A stretch of 64,000 bases of DNA from an uncultured virus (IMG/VR IMGVR_UViG_2061766007_000524) (taxonomy: Duplodnaviria; Heunggongvirae; Uroviricota; Caudoviricetes), in the IMG/VR virus record IMGVR_UViG_2061766007_000524, one strand, 5' to 3'. Of this stretch, positions 17,584-29,672 are shown piece by piece. The position numbers and the translations under genes were made by a program. A model generated the notes under the pieces. The model was given only the letters and a program-made list of their open reading frames with translations, made no database searches and was not told where the DNA came from. The stretch's first letter is position 1, and every line of letters starts with the position of its first letter.

Positions 17584-20287
17584 ATGACGAATACTGAACG
17601 TGAAAAGATTTTTGATGCACTTGATGAAGTTTTCCACCCGTATGCAAAGCGTATCATGGAAGAAGCTCCAAACATTACTGAGTTGACAGATATTGATGGA
17701 ATCTGTGTTGCTTGGGTACATCTGGAACAGATGGGGCGGAAGAATGTAACGCTGAAAGATGCTGTCAATCAATATAGGAAGGAGTATGCGGAAGATGCTG
17801 CTGTTGTAAAGAAGATGACTGGACACGATATGCCACCGCTTGAACTTGACCTTACGCCGCCTGAGTACGTTGTGAATGAGGACTTGACAGCGGCAACGAT
17901 TGAGTCCTTCCAGAATCTACAGAACTTGTTTGATATGGAAAAGCAGCTCGATGAAACAGGAAGTCTTTTTGACGATGAACCAAATCGGTTCTTTGGTACG
18001 GAAATGTCAAAGAAGGTTGCTGACGTACTGGAAGAAGTGAACGCAAAACTGGACATAATCGACACGCATGGATTTGTCACAGTCCAGAAATTCAAGAAAC
18101 CTAATCCACGCTCCCGTATTGCTGTCGTTGCAATTGAACTTCCGGACGGTGCAACGTGCTTTAACAGAACGGTATTGAAAGCGTTTAAGGAAGTTGTAGA
18201 CGCTGCCGATTCCATCACGGTTGTAAAGAAGGAAGACAGAATCCGGATTGCATTCAGCTTTGAAAACGTTTGGGCGAAGCACAGGATGCTGGATGACTAT
18301 GAATTGCAAGCAATTGAAGAATGGGGAGACGATGACGAAGAAGATTGATTTATAGTACCAAAAATCTGTACAATATGGAAAGGAGAACCACATGAACGCA
18401 GCAAGACGGAAAGCAATCAGGAATGTTATCAAACGGATTGAAGCAATTCAGCCAGAGTTAGAAAACATCCTTGAAGATATTGATACAATTCGTGATGAAG
18501 AACAGGAATGCTTCGACAACATTCCGGAAAACATGCAAGAATCTGAGCGGTATGAAAAAGCTGAAACCGCTGTTGAGAACCTTGATGATGCCTATGATTC
18601 TTTTGGTGAACTTTGCGATTCACTGGAAGATATCATTACATCTTTAGAGAATGCTACTGAATAAAGGGGGTATTTGCCATGCTGAAAATGCTGAAAGCTG
18701 TTGTCGTTGACAAGAATGGGAATAAGACCAATGTAAAGACCTACGCACAGGACACGCACACACCGGAAGAAGTCTTTGCCATCTTTATTGAAGGTGGTGG
18801 ACACATTGAGAAATACGAGTGGATTGACACCCTAACGGAACCCCGGAAAGAGTGGAACAAAGAGCATCCGGACAATCCAATTCCGTTAGACTTATAACTG
18901 AAAAAGAACTGACCGCTCCTAAAATGGAGCGGTTTTTTCTTGTAAAATTTTCCTTGACTCAGCCCTTACAATAGAAGTAGAGGGGGTTAAAAAATGCCAA
19001 AACCGAAAAAGAAAAGCACAGTTTCCCTTTCGTTGGGGCAGTTACCGTCTGACCCTATCAGAGCATACCGAAAGGGTCACAGCGACGGGTTTACCGATGC
19101 GCTCAATACTGTTACAACTCTTGCTGTGTTTGCTTTGAGAGATACCGAACTGCTGAAATCGGAAGAAGATGTAGTTGGATTCTACAACAAGTTTATGCGT
19201 TCTCTTGAAATGACAAAAGAGAACCAACTTTCAATGCAGGAAGTCAGACAGATTTTGAAGAACGATTACAACATCCGTGTGAAAGTGTGGTAAAAAAGTT
19301 TGAAAATGAAACCGGAAAGCCGAAAAGCCATAAAGGAAATGCACAAGTTCGACAACCATAAGGACTTGGAAATCGTCAGATGCCTTGATGATGAAGACCA
19401 TAACTATTATCTGGTTCACTTCTCAGTAAGGGGTTATCCAATGTCATCCATTGACTTCGTAGATGGTGATTATGTTGACCTGTTCTCCTGCTGCCAACGG
19501 CACTATGAAGACGAGATGATTTCAAACTGGAAATATGAACAGGAAGAACTGAAATCTGAGCAGGAACTTGCCGAAGTTGAAGACGAAAATGAATATGTGA
19601 TTCAGAGTGACATTCCGGAATACGAAAATAACTGGAATGGAATTTTTGAAGAACGTTTTATTGATAACGTAGATGTTGACCGTTGGATTGATGACCACGA
19701 AGGTGAAATTATCGAACATTGAAAGGAGCGAAAACATGTTTCCGTTAACCATTGAGATTTTCGTTTACGGCCTGTTGTGCTGCGGTTGGGGCTACTTTGT
19801 TGGCAAAGGGTACTTGGATAAGCTTATTGTCAAACTGCTCTCAAAGGGGGATAAAAATGATGCCAGAGCTTAAAACGAACACGAAAAAGAGAACCTATCA
19901 CATTGCGATCACGTTGGACGGGAAGATAGTTGACACGTTCGCTGCTCATACTGACAGCGTTTTAAATGCTTTGAAGTCAGCATACGAACAATGCAGTGGG
20001 TACGCCGTGAAGCCACGGGAACCGTTTGAGAACAGCAAGCAGTTATGACATCCTCTTTCGTAAACCTCGACTTGCGCGGAGCTGTAGAATCTGAGGTAAA
20101 ACGTGCCGTAAACAACGTTTTCTCTGATGAACTGAGTCCGGAAGCGAAGGAACTGATTATCCATTGTCCGCACATCATCAACAAACTTGCCGCAGGATTG
20201 AACAATGTAATCGACAACTTTGCTGATGAAGAAATGGAAATAACACATGTAGAATACACACCCGCTCAGATGGGCTATGAAAAATAA
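17584..20287 (+). CDS. Run of hypothetical proteins (~17584..18348, 18392..18664 coiled coil, 18679..18897, 18994..19293, 19300..19722, ~19736..19873 membrane peptide, ~19860..20048, 20045..20287)
   Basis: ORF track plus RBS; terminator ACCGCTCC-TAAAAT-GGAGCGGT-TTTT at 18912-18938. Confidence 0.7.
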
Positions 20288-20319
20288 TTTGCACTTTTTC
20301 TGCCCTAAACATTCCTTAA
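20288..20319 (+). promoter_or_regulatory. Phage-specific promoter motif copy 13
   Basis: TTGCAC(20289)-16 nt-ATTCCTTAA, upstream of the recombinase. Confidence 0.8.
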
Positions 20320-20365
20320 TTAGTGCAGATAAAAACTGCAAATATAAATTTCGGAGGGATATGAA

Positions 20366-21346
20366 ATGAAAACTTATAACGAATCAGTCAAGGCGTTTCT
20401 GGAAAACGCTAAAGCGAATGGCTGTACGGAATCCACCATAAAGAGTTACGGAAACATCTTCCGGTATTACAAGGAGTTCTTAACGTCCTGCGGTTATGAA
20501 GAAGCAAGCTCCGTTGGTACTCTGGCATGGAAGACGGCAATCTCCCCCGAATCTGGACGGGAAGATAAGAAAGTTTCCTATGTTACTCTCGACCTGTATC
20601 TCAGAGTTTTAAAGTCTCTGTCTGACTTTGCTCTGGATATGGGAATCATTGACGCACCGTTCGTCAATGAGAAGATGTTCCCCAAAAAGTCTCTGGTTTC
20701 CAAAGAGAAGAACAAGATTTATGAACACATGCTTACGAAGGAAGATGGCGAAGCTCTGCTGACTGCTAAAAATGCTGTGTACGGCAGGACTTCCCATACT
20801 TTCCTTCGTGAGAAAGCAGAAATCACCATGCTTATTCTTGGTGGTGCACGAAACAGCGAACTCAGGGCGTTCACTCTGAATGACCTTGATTTTGAACGTG
20901 GCATTGCTCACATCATCTGTGGTAAAGGTCGGAAGGAGCGGTACATTCCGTTTCCGAAGATGGCACAGGACGCCGTGAACGATTATCTTAATAGTGGTTT
21001 AAGACCAGATGAACTTCCGGCTGATGCTCCACTGTTCGGGACTATTACAAGGGATGGGAAGTGGAGAGGGCTGGAAAGAACGGAGCTGTCTGAGCTGATT
21101 TACCGCTATGAGAAAGCTATTCTTGGCGAAGATAAAGCGTCTCGCAGCCATGCTCTCCGTCACCTGTTCGCTTCGATTGCGCTGACGGAAGGTGAATCCT
21201 TGCAGGACATTTCTCAGATGTTGGGTCATAGTTCTGTGGTTCTCACGCAGAAGACGTATGCAAAGATGCTGAATCCGGATATCCTCGCCAGCTCGTTTGG
21301 CAAGTCTGTTTCAAACTGGTTTGAAAAGAAAGAGGTCGTTGCATGA
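20366..21346 (+). CDS. Tyrosine recombinase (XerC/D-like)
   Basis: GARNSEL, GKGRKER, HALRH, LGHSS...TQKTY catalytic motifs; N-terminal SAM-like domain. Confidence 0.93.
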   Translation: MKTYNESVKAFLENAKANGCTESTIKSYGNIFRYYKEFLTSCGYEEASSVGTLAWKTAISPESGREDKKVSYVTLDLYLRVLKSLSDFALDMGIIDAPFVNEKMFPKKSLVSKEKNKIYEHMLTKEDGEALLTAKNAVYGRTSHTFLREKAEITMLILGGARNSELRAFTLNDLDFERGIAHIICGKGRKERYIPFPKMAQDAVNDYLNSGLRPDELPADAPLFGTITRDGKWRGLERTELSELIYRYEKAILGEDKASRSHALRHLFASIALTEGESLQDISQMLGHSSVVLTQKTYAKMLNPDILASSFGKSVSNWFEKKEVVA

Positions 21347-21810
21347 AAAGATACATTGGGTGTGATGTGGGGCAAAGTGGAGCGCTTGTCTGTATATCGG
21401 ATGAAGGTGTTGAGATTATCCCATTCGATTTGGAGAACTACAGGAACGCTCTGGAACGGTGGAAAGCTGACGATTGCATGGCAGTTGTGGAAAAGGTTTC
21501 CTCGATGCCGGGGCAAGGCGTTTCCAGTACATTTTCATTCGGTACTAACTTTGGCATGATACAGGGGATGCTGTACGCCTTACACATCCCCACCGAATTA
21601 GTACCGCCGCAAACTTGGAAGAAGATGTTTTCCCTCAATCTGAACAAGTCTTTCTCAAAAGCTGAGAAGAAAGCAAGGACAATCGCAAAGATGAAGCAAC
21701 TGTTCCCAGATGTTTCGTTAAAGAGAACGGGAAGAAGTCGAACGGATGATGACAACATTGCAGACGCTTTGGCTATTGCGTTCTACTGCAAGAGGACTTT
21801 CGGAGAATGA
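21343..21810 (+). CDS. RuvC-like Holliday junction resolvase
   Basis: YIGCDVGQSGA, VVEKV, STFSFG.NFG, VPPQTWKK, DNIADALAIA. Confidence 0.88.
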   Translation: MKRYIGCDVGQSGALVCISDEGVEIIPFDLENYRNALERWKADDCMAVVEKVSSMPGQGVSSTFSFGTNFGMIQGMLYALHIPTELVPPQTWKKMFSLNLNKSFSKAEKKARTIAKMKQLFPDVSLKRTGRSRTDDDNIADALAIAFYCKRTFGE

Positions 21811-24800
21811 TAGTGAATCCGTGTGGGTATGGTAATTGCAAAAGTACAGAGTGTGAAAGTTGTCGGCATAACAAAACAGGTGAACTAACCATGACATTTG
21901 ATGAAGCATTGGATGAAATCGCATCTCAGAATGAAGAAAACAAAAAGCTTATAGAACAGGCCAAAATCGACGCTCAGATTGAAATGCTGTTAGAACAAGC
22001 AAAAGATTCCAAAGTAATGTATTATCCGCAAGTTGAAGGAATAACGCCAACGGTTATTTAAAAGGAGAGAACATAATGCCTAAACACATCGTATCTGACG
22101 AAGAACTGGAACGGTACAAAGCTGAACTTGCCGAAAAGAAAAAGCCTGTAATCATTGGCAGGAGAATCAACAGTGATAAAAAAATAACGAACTTCCCTTT
22201 CACATACAAAGTTGTCTGCCAAGGTCTTGAAAGAGAATACGAATTTCGTAAAGGTGATGTTGTCCCCTGTTGGAAGTGTGGAGAACCTATCAAGATTAAC
22301 TCTAAAACCGCATTTGAATTTGAAGAACAGTATTATCTGCATTGCCCAAAATGTGAAGCTGACGTTTCAGTTTTCTACTACTACGACAAATTGAAACACC
22401 GTGTATAACATCGTTCAATTCGTACAGTTTGAGTTGTTTTGTGTTGCGGTAGATTGTTTCTGGTACGGATTCGTTTGCGGATATGACCATATTATTTGGA
22501 AGGATATAAAGACAAGTGTACGAAGAACTTATTAAAAGTTTACGAGAAGCTCCTAATGATTGGTATGACGCGCAACTACACTACGACGCTGCCGCAGCTC
22601 TGGAAAGTCTGGAACGCTCTCTCCGGAGCTGTAGAAACGAACTATGTTTAAAATGTGGAGAGTACCGTGAACGTTACCTTGGAGCCTGTAACGGATGCCG
22701 TTGGAAGGACGTGTAACAATGGATTATTTAGACGCATGTTGCTCCACTTGCAAGTATCTCCGAACGTTGGAATACGATTGCCGTGGAACTGGAAAGATTG
22801 TTTACGGTTCGTGCTGCGTTTACGATAGAGTAGTGCAGGAAATCACAAGTCCTGATTATGATATGTGCGAATGCTACAATATGCGCGAATGCTACAGGAA
22901 GAAAAGAACCACATGAAATGCAAGGATTGTCCATATTTCAAGCTTGTCATGAAGCCAATTAAACACGTTGATTCTGGTTTGGCACGTTGCCTAAAGCATG
23001 ACTTAGTTGCTGACTTGGTTAGTATGCGGCAGATAAACAGGCTGAAATGTGTTGAAGAAGAACAGGAGAAAGAACAATGACGCTGATATTATATTTCATT
23101 TTATGTGAAATCATAATCGTTATATGTAAGAAGAACAACATAGAGCCACCAAGCAATAACACAATGTTAATCCTCGCAATCCTTACCGGATGTGAGGTAA
23201 TTTCGTGGAGAGTGAAGAAATGAGCGTCATAATCCGGAACGTGAAAATGCCAAAATGCTGTTCTGAATGTATTTTAAACTATGATTGTTGTGCTTGCATT
23301 TTAACTGGTTCCAAATGGTACAACAATCCAGAAGTTTCTGATTTCGATTCAGATATAGAAAGGCTTCCAGATTGTCCGTTGGTAGAGATTCCTCAGAACG
23401 TCAGATTGATTGATGCTAATGCACTGCTGAAAGAGTTTGACTACGGGAAAGAAGTTAATTGGGGAGATTTAAACGAATCGTTGGTGCACAAAACTGGAAT
23501 TTGGACCGAGATACAATGCGCTCCGGCTATTTTTGAAGAAGGTGAATAGCGTGGGAATTTATATAAAAAATATGGATATGCCAGAAGGATGCTTTGAATG
23601 TCCACTTTCACAGTATCAATTTGACGGGGAAGAAACAGTATTGGCTTGCTTCGCTTTGTGTGAAAAAGTTTCTGACGATGGGGAAATAGNNNNNNNNNNN
23701 NNNNNNNNNTTCCACCACACAACGATTTGATTGACCGTGATAGACTGCTGAAAAGGTTTTGCGGTCATTGCGAGGACTACGGGAACTGCAAAGAAAAATG
23801 CTTTGATTTAAGGCTGATTGAGAACACTCCGACCGTCATTCCGGAAGAAGGCGGTGAATGATGGATAAGACAATAGAACGCATAAAAAAAGAAATTGGAT
23901 ATAACGGTTGCCAAAATTGCAAGTACCAGATTGATTATCTTCGGACGTGTGAATGGTTGGAACATGGCGGTGATGGCGCTCTACATTTTATTTGTCCAAG
24001 ATGGGAAAAGAAAGAAGGTGAAGTATGAGTGTGTTGGTAAAAGGCATTGAGATGCCAAAGAACTGTGCGGATTGCCTTCTCGAATATACATACGATGGTT
24101 ATAACTGCCGCATCGTTGAGAAGGCCGCCAGCTGGGGGTTGGAAGGAAGACCGTCTTGGTGTCCGCTTGTAGAACTGCCTACACCGCATGGCGACTTGAT
24201 TGACGCAGAGAAGCTAATAGAGGCTTTTAAGGAAACAGACTGCATTATTCGAGGGTATTATCCCGAAAATCTTGTTCGAATGCAGTCGCCCGTTATAAAA
24301 AGAGGAGATTGAAAATGAAGTCAAAAGAAGAACTTTTGGAAAAGTATAAACAGAGGAATCTTAAAGAAGAACTTTTATGGGCGGCAAATTACACAAGAAA
24401 AGGGTATATGTCTGCTGAATACGAAGATTACTATAGTTGGCTTGCATTAGCGGCATATAGTAGGATAAAAGAACTTGAAGCAGAGGACGGTGAACCATGA
24501 GCCTCTTAATCAAAGGCATGGAGATGCCGTGGGAAGAAGCAGAACCTCTGCGCATCGAATTGTATGCGGATGGTACTGTTATCGTGATAAAAGAACAGGA
24601 CGATTTCTACGAATTTAAGGCCGTCCCCGTTCCGTCGCATGGAAGATTGATTGATGCGGATAAGCTGATGAAAAAGCTAAGGGGAATCGGCTTGCGTTTA
24701 TTTGCAAGTGAAGATTTGTCCAAAAACCAAACACTATTTGCTATGGCTTATTACCTTAAAGAAGCACCCACCATCATCTCGGCAGAGGAGGAAACATGAA

Positions 24801-27800
24801 CAGAACACGTTTTTCTGACAGACAGCTTGCCGATATGATTATGCTTCTGATCGGCGAGATTGAGCCAGTGGGAGAATTGCATATCGACAGCAAGCGGTTT
24901 GACAATCTTCTCAGATTGCAGAACACGATTGACATTCTTCTGGATGAAATAGCATTTATTGTGCCATATCACGACAGGCCAGAATACTCAATGCGGAAAG
25001 CAGCGGTACAGTCTGCTCGTTGGTTAGCAGAGAAACGAGACTGGATTAACAACTATAAACCGGCAGAGGATGGCGAGTGATGAAGCAACAAATGAAATTG
25101 AACTACAATGGTTTTATAGAACATATCGCAGATGTTCTTGCCTCAGAAGATATTGAGACTGTCCAGAATGAGGCGTGGAGCATTGAAGTTGGTATTCAGT
25201 TGCTCAATGGTTACATGGAACAGATTGCAAAGAGAGCCATTGAGACACAAGATGAGTTTCTTATCGAATGGTGCAAACACCTTTGCATAATCGTAGAGGC
25301 AGAGGAGGAAATATGAACACATATCTTGCAATTATGGTAACGGTGTTGGTAGCAACACAGATTGTACGGGTCACACAAAACCACATCCAATTGTACAGAC
25401 AGTGGAAGGAACTCGACAAGACGCTTGGATGGATTAAGGACAACGATATCAGCGAAGTTGACTTTCAGACGCAGCGTGAAGTATTCCAGATGCTTCATAA
25501 GTGGCTGTCTGAGAAAGAAGATGGTGAATAATGAATCTGTGTAAAATATGCCAGAAATTTGAAACCTGTAAAAATATCATGAAAGACCCAAATGATATGT
25601 ACCAGAACTGCAAAAGTTTTGTTTCAATTGGAAATCAATCACAGGAAAGAGAATGGAGCATTGCAGAAGTTATCGAAGCTCTTAGGCAATGGGAAGACCA
25701 TTTCTATTCTGAAACCGAAACTCAATGGCTGATGGATAAGGCCGCGGATTATTTGGAAGGTTTGTTGGTAAGAGTTTATGCTGGATGAAGAACAAAACCA
25801 AATCTTGCATGAAATAATGGATGATTTTTTGAAAGAAAAATATGAAAATGTAATTCTGGAAAAACGGTCAGACGGAACTGTGTCTTTTCGCAAAGTTACA
25901 AATGGTGACAGAATAAGGGCGCTTGCGAATGAAGAAATTGCAGAGAAGTTTTCTTTCGAGAAATGCCCGTCTTTCTTCGGCGGAAATAGAAGTTTGGCAA
26001 AAAATTGCAGTTACCCACAAGAATATGATTTATCCGATTGTAAGAATTGTTGGCTTGAATGGTTACGGGAAGAAGTTGATGCCTAAAATGGAAAACCTTT
26101 TCGGTGAATCGTACACAGATATACCAAAGCACAAAGCAAAGCAGGACAAAAACAAAAGAGCATGGGAAGACGGTTTCCAACGATGGAGCAATAATTCTTT
26201 CTTTGAAGGCCACTCTCATTACGGCGGTTGTGGTTTGGGAGATATATGCGACTATTGCACGGATAATCACTATGGTAGACCGTGTGTCAGAGCATTAAAT
26301 TCTATGTGCCGTGAGAAACATCTTTTCATAGATTACAACGACAAGAGTGTAGAGAACTTTCAAAAATGGTTTGACGGGGGGAAATAATGGCTGAATATAT
26401 CAATCGTGGCGATTTTCTTGCAAAGATGCGAAAGATATTTTGCGAAGATTGCAGCCACAGAAAAGGCATGAAAGATGGGAAACCCACCATGATAATCTAC
26501 GAAATCGGCGAAGCTCCGTGTCGTGCTTGCTTAGTTGAGGATGTGCTGACATATCTCGAAGAATTTCCCGTCGCTTATGTTGATGAAGTTGTCTATTGTA
26601 AGGATTGTAAGTATGGTGAAATGATGAAAAACGGCTGTACTGTTTTTTGTCACAAGATAGGAACCGTAAAAACAGCTTTCAGCTATTGTTCAAGTGCGGA
26701 AAGGAAAGTAAACGTTGAAAACTATTGCGGTGATAGTTGAACTTGGAGAGTTACACGGCAATGTTGTCGGCGTAATGGAAACATTCGACGAAGCATTGCA
26801 AGAAATGAGAAAACTACAAAAAGAAACCGGGAAGCAATATCAAATCTATTATTCTGAATTGGAGGATGCCGATGAAAACAAGGGATGAAGTTGTAGACAA
26901 AGCTCTATCCGATTTCAAAACGAAACATGCTTCCGATGATAACTGGCTGAAAAGCCGTGTGATGGGAGCATGGAACAGCGGATATACAAGCGGCAAAAAA
27001 GACGGGTATGACGAACATGATAGAGTTTGGAAAGAAAAACACGAACTGATTGACGAACTGAAACAGCAGGAATACCAGCGTGGCCTTAATGATTTGTGGT
27101 ACGCTGTGAGAAAGTTAGAATTGCATTCTGATGATGGTGCTTTATCCATAGATGAAATTAGATTGATTTTTGGGACAAGTCATTTGTATTCCATTTTCAC
27201 GGAAGAAAGTCCGAAAGATGTTGTAGACAAAATCCGCATATATGAAGAACAGCAGAAGCAAGTAAATGACCCACATCCACAATTTGAATTTGATTGTTGT
27301 GAACAGTGTGCACATGACTTCCGAAAAAGTTGGGAGAGTCCATGCAACGAATGTTTGCATAACCATGAAGATTACTTTCGCAGGAAGGAGCCGGAAAATG
27401 GAATGGCTTGATAGCGGTTTTGATAGGAACGAAAAAGGTGAGGTTTTCATCTATTGGGAATGCAACGAATGCGGTTTTGGAATAATCGGCAACGGATTGC
27501 AGAAACCTGTATGTAAGTGTCCGTATTGTGGAAAGGGGCCGGAAGATGGATGCAGTTAAATATCTCATAGAACGTGACAGGATGAAGAAAGTGATTCATT
27601 GTCCACCAGAATGTAAAGGAGACTATTGCGACGGTAATTGTTCGCTGTTCTCCAAAGGATATTCTTATGAACAATCTGTCACAGCCGTGGAAAAATGGAG
27701 CAATGAACATCCTGCGATTACAAATGCAGATAAATTTCTTGAAGTGTTCGGACATGAGATAAGATGCAGCAGATTTCTTGACCGTGACGGTAGAGCATTT

Positions 27801-28158
27801 GTGATTGATAGAGACAACGTAGGTCATGTTGTGACTGAAAATTGGCTTTACGAAGAATATAAGGAGCCTGACAATGAAAATGAACATATCTGATGAAAAT
27901 TTGGGTTTGCTCTGCATCTGCGCTCTCCGGTATTGTTTCGGTAGGCAAAGCTACATGCCGTCTCTCATTCAAGACATTGTAAAAGGACTACTCCCCTATT
28001 TACCGGACAACGACATTAACATAATGGTAGAAGATACCGATTTTCAAGCCAGAATGAACCTTTATGGTGACGAACACATTGACAAACCCGGCTGGTTGAA
28101 ATGGGCTGAGATTGTGAAGGGAGAAAGGGAACGTAGGAAAAATGATTTATCTCGATAA
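21807..28158 (+). CDS. About 25 short, translationally coupled, mostly Cys-rich hypothetical proteins, including four paralogues (about 23220, 23542, 24025, 24497)
   Basis: Overlapping stop/start junctions; many CxxC pairs; shared MS..IKG.EMP...P.HG.LIDAD.L motif. Confidence 0.7.
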
Positions 28159-29278
28159 CGCAGCCACCACAAAGATTTCTGATGAAGTCTTACAAGAAAT
28201 GATGCCATTTCTGACAGAGCAATACGGAAACGCTGGAACACTCTATTCACTTGGCAGAGCGGCTTACAACGCTATCAATAAAGCACGTCTGAGAGTTGCC
28301 AAGTTCATCAATGCTGACCCGTCTCAAATCATTTTCACGTCGGGTGGCACGGAAGCCAATAACATGGTGTTCTTCAATGAAACTGGTTACGGTGGTAAAT
28401 GTGCTCTTGTTTCAGAAATTGAGCATGATTCAGTTCTGAATGCTGCCAAACGTTACTATGATATTGTTCCTATGAAGGTCATGCCAAACGGAAAGATAGA
28501 TATTGAAATGTTTGCGAGGTCAATGAACGAAGCTTTCTCTATCGTATCTATCATGCACACGAACAACGAAACAGGCGTGACAAATCCGATTGCAGAAATT
28601 GGTGAGATTTGTAAACGCTACAATGTACCGTTTCATACTGACTGTGTGCAAGCTGCTGGATATCACAAACTTGACGTGAAAGAGTTTAACTGTGATTATC
28701 TGACAATTTCATCCCACAAAATCCACGGTCCGAAAGGCGTTGGAGCTTTGTACGTCAAAGAACCTGAGAAACTTATTCCGCTAATCAAAGGTAGTAAAAC
28801 TCAGGAGTTTGGATTGCGTGGCGGTACAGAAAACGTCGCTGCCATTGTTGGCTTTGGTAAAGCGTGTGCTCTTGCTACGAAGCGTTTAGAACACAACCGT
28901 AATTACATCAACCTTCTATCAGAAACGTTCTTCACGGCGCTACAAACGGCTCTGGATGAACGTGCGATAAGACGCATCTTCCACGTCAACGGTGAAACAC
29001 AATATAACCCACGAAAAACGTACAGCATACGGTTTGACGGAGTTTCAAATGAGACACTTCTTGTCATGCTGGATGCCCGTGGAGTGTGTGTTTCTGCCGG
29101 AAGCGCCTGTACTGCATCAGAACACAAAGCCAGCCACGTTCTGAAAGCAATCGGTCTCACGGATGAACAAGCCAAAAATTCAATAAGGGTATCTTTCTCC
29201 GGTATGAACACGCTGGAAGAAGTAAAAGACGGTGCAAAGATTATCGCAGACTGTGCCGCTTTCCTACATAAAAACTAA
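28142..29278 (+). CDS. iscS: Cysteine desulfurase (IscS/NifS family)
   Basis: MIYLDNAATT, IIFTSGGTEANN, HTDCVQA, SSHKIHGPKGVGAL (PLP lysine), RGGTEN, SAGSACT (catalytic Cys). Confidence 0.96.
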   Translation: MIYLDNAATTKISDEVLQEMMPFLTEQYGNAGTLYSLGRAAYNAINKARLRVAKFINADPSQIIFTSGGTEANNMVFFNETGYGGKCALVSEIEHDSVLNAAKRYYDIVPMKVMPNGKIDIEMFARSMNEAFSIVSIMHTNNETGVTNPIAEIGEICKRYNVPFHTDCVQAAGYHKLDVKEFNCDYLTISSHKIHGPKGVGALYVKEPEKLIPLIKGSKTQEFGLRGGTENVAAIVGFGKACALATKRLEHNRNYINLLSETFFTALQTALDERAIRRIFHVNGETQYNPRKTYSIRFDGVSNETLLVMLDARGVCVSAGSACTASEHKASHVLKAIGLTDEQAKNSIRVSFSGMNTLEEVKDGAKIIADCAAFLHKN

Positions 29279-29281
29279 ATA

Positions 29282-29319
29282 AAAAGATTTCCCCCTGATG
29301 TAATATCAGGGGGATTTTT
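29282..29319. terminator. Bidirectional terminator between the converging arms
   Basis: TCCCCCTGAT-GTAAT-ATCAGGGGGA with A tract on the left and T tract on the right. Confidence 0.85.
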
Positions 29320-29350
29320 GCGTTTTAACGTTCCTCTCCGCGCCGCATTT

Positions 29351-29659
29351 TTAGGCTTTCACAAGCTGATTATGCAGTTCCAGAACCTTTGCTTCGACGT
29401 AATCATCCAAATTTTCGTCGATAGTATAACCTTTTTCTTCAAGGCGTTGGATAACTCTTTCTTTTTTCCAATGCCAATCTTTTCCGTCACGCTTTGCAAT
29501 CTGTTCAGCAGCAGCAACCGCAATCTCAACATCTTCGACAATTTTTGCAATTTTGGCTTCACCGAATTTCAGTTTCAGCCAAGGGATAAAGTACAAGGAT
29601 GCAACTGCAACGAGAATTTCAATGATAAGCTTTACAATATTGGTAATATCAAATGTCAT
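29351..29659 (-). CDS. Holin, LL-H-like
   Basis: Single N-terminal TM, then IPWLK...VEIAVAAAEQI...KKERV...YVEAKV. Confidence 0.8.
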   Translation of the reverse strand: MTFDITNIVKLIIEILVAVASLYFIPWLKLKFGEAKIAKIVEDVEIAVAAAEQIAKRDGKDWHWKKERVIQRLEEKGYTIDENLDDYVEAKVLELHNQLVKA

Positions 29660-29672
29660 ATTTTTTCTCCTT

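Noticed and set aside
15013..18980. Shared TTGAC...AATAGAAGTAG sequence at about 15013 and 18954 as a third promoter class
   Set aside because: Only two copies, with non-canonical spacing; too weak to call
28142..29278. A Dnd phosphorothioation operon
   Set aside because: No dndB-E or ssp genes are recognisable in the window; only the desulfurase is present
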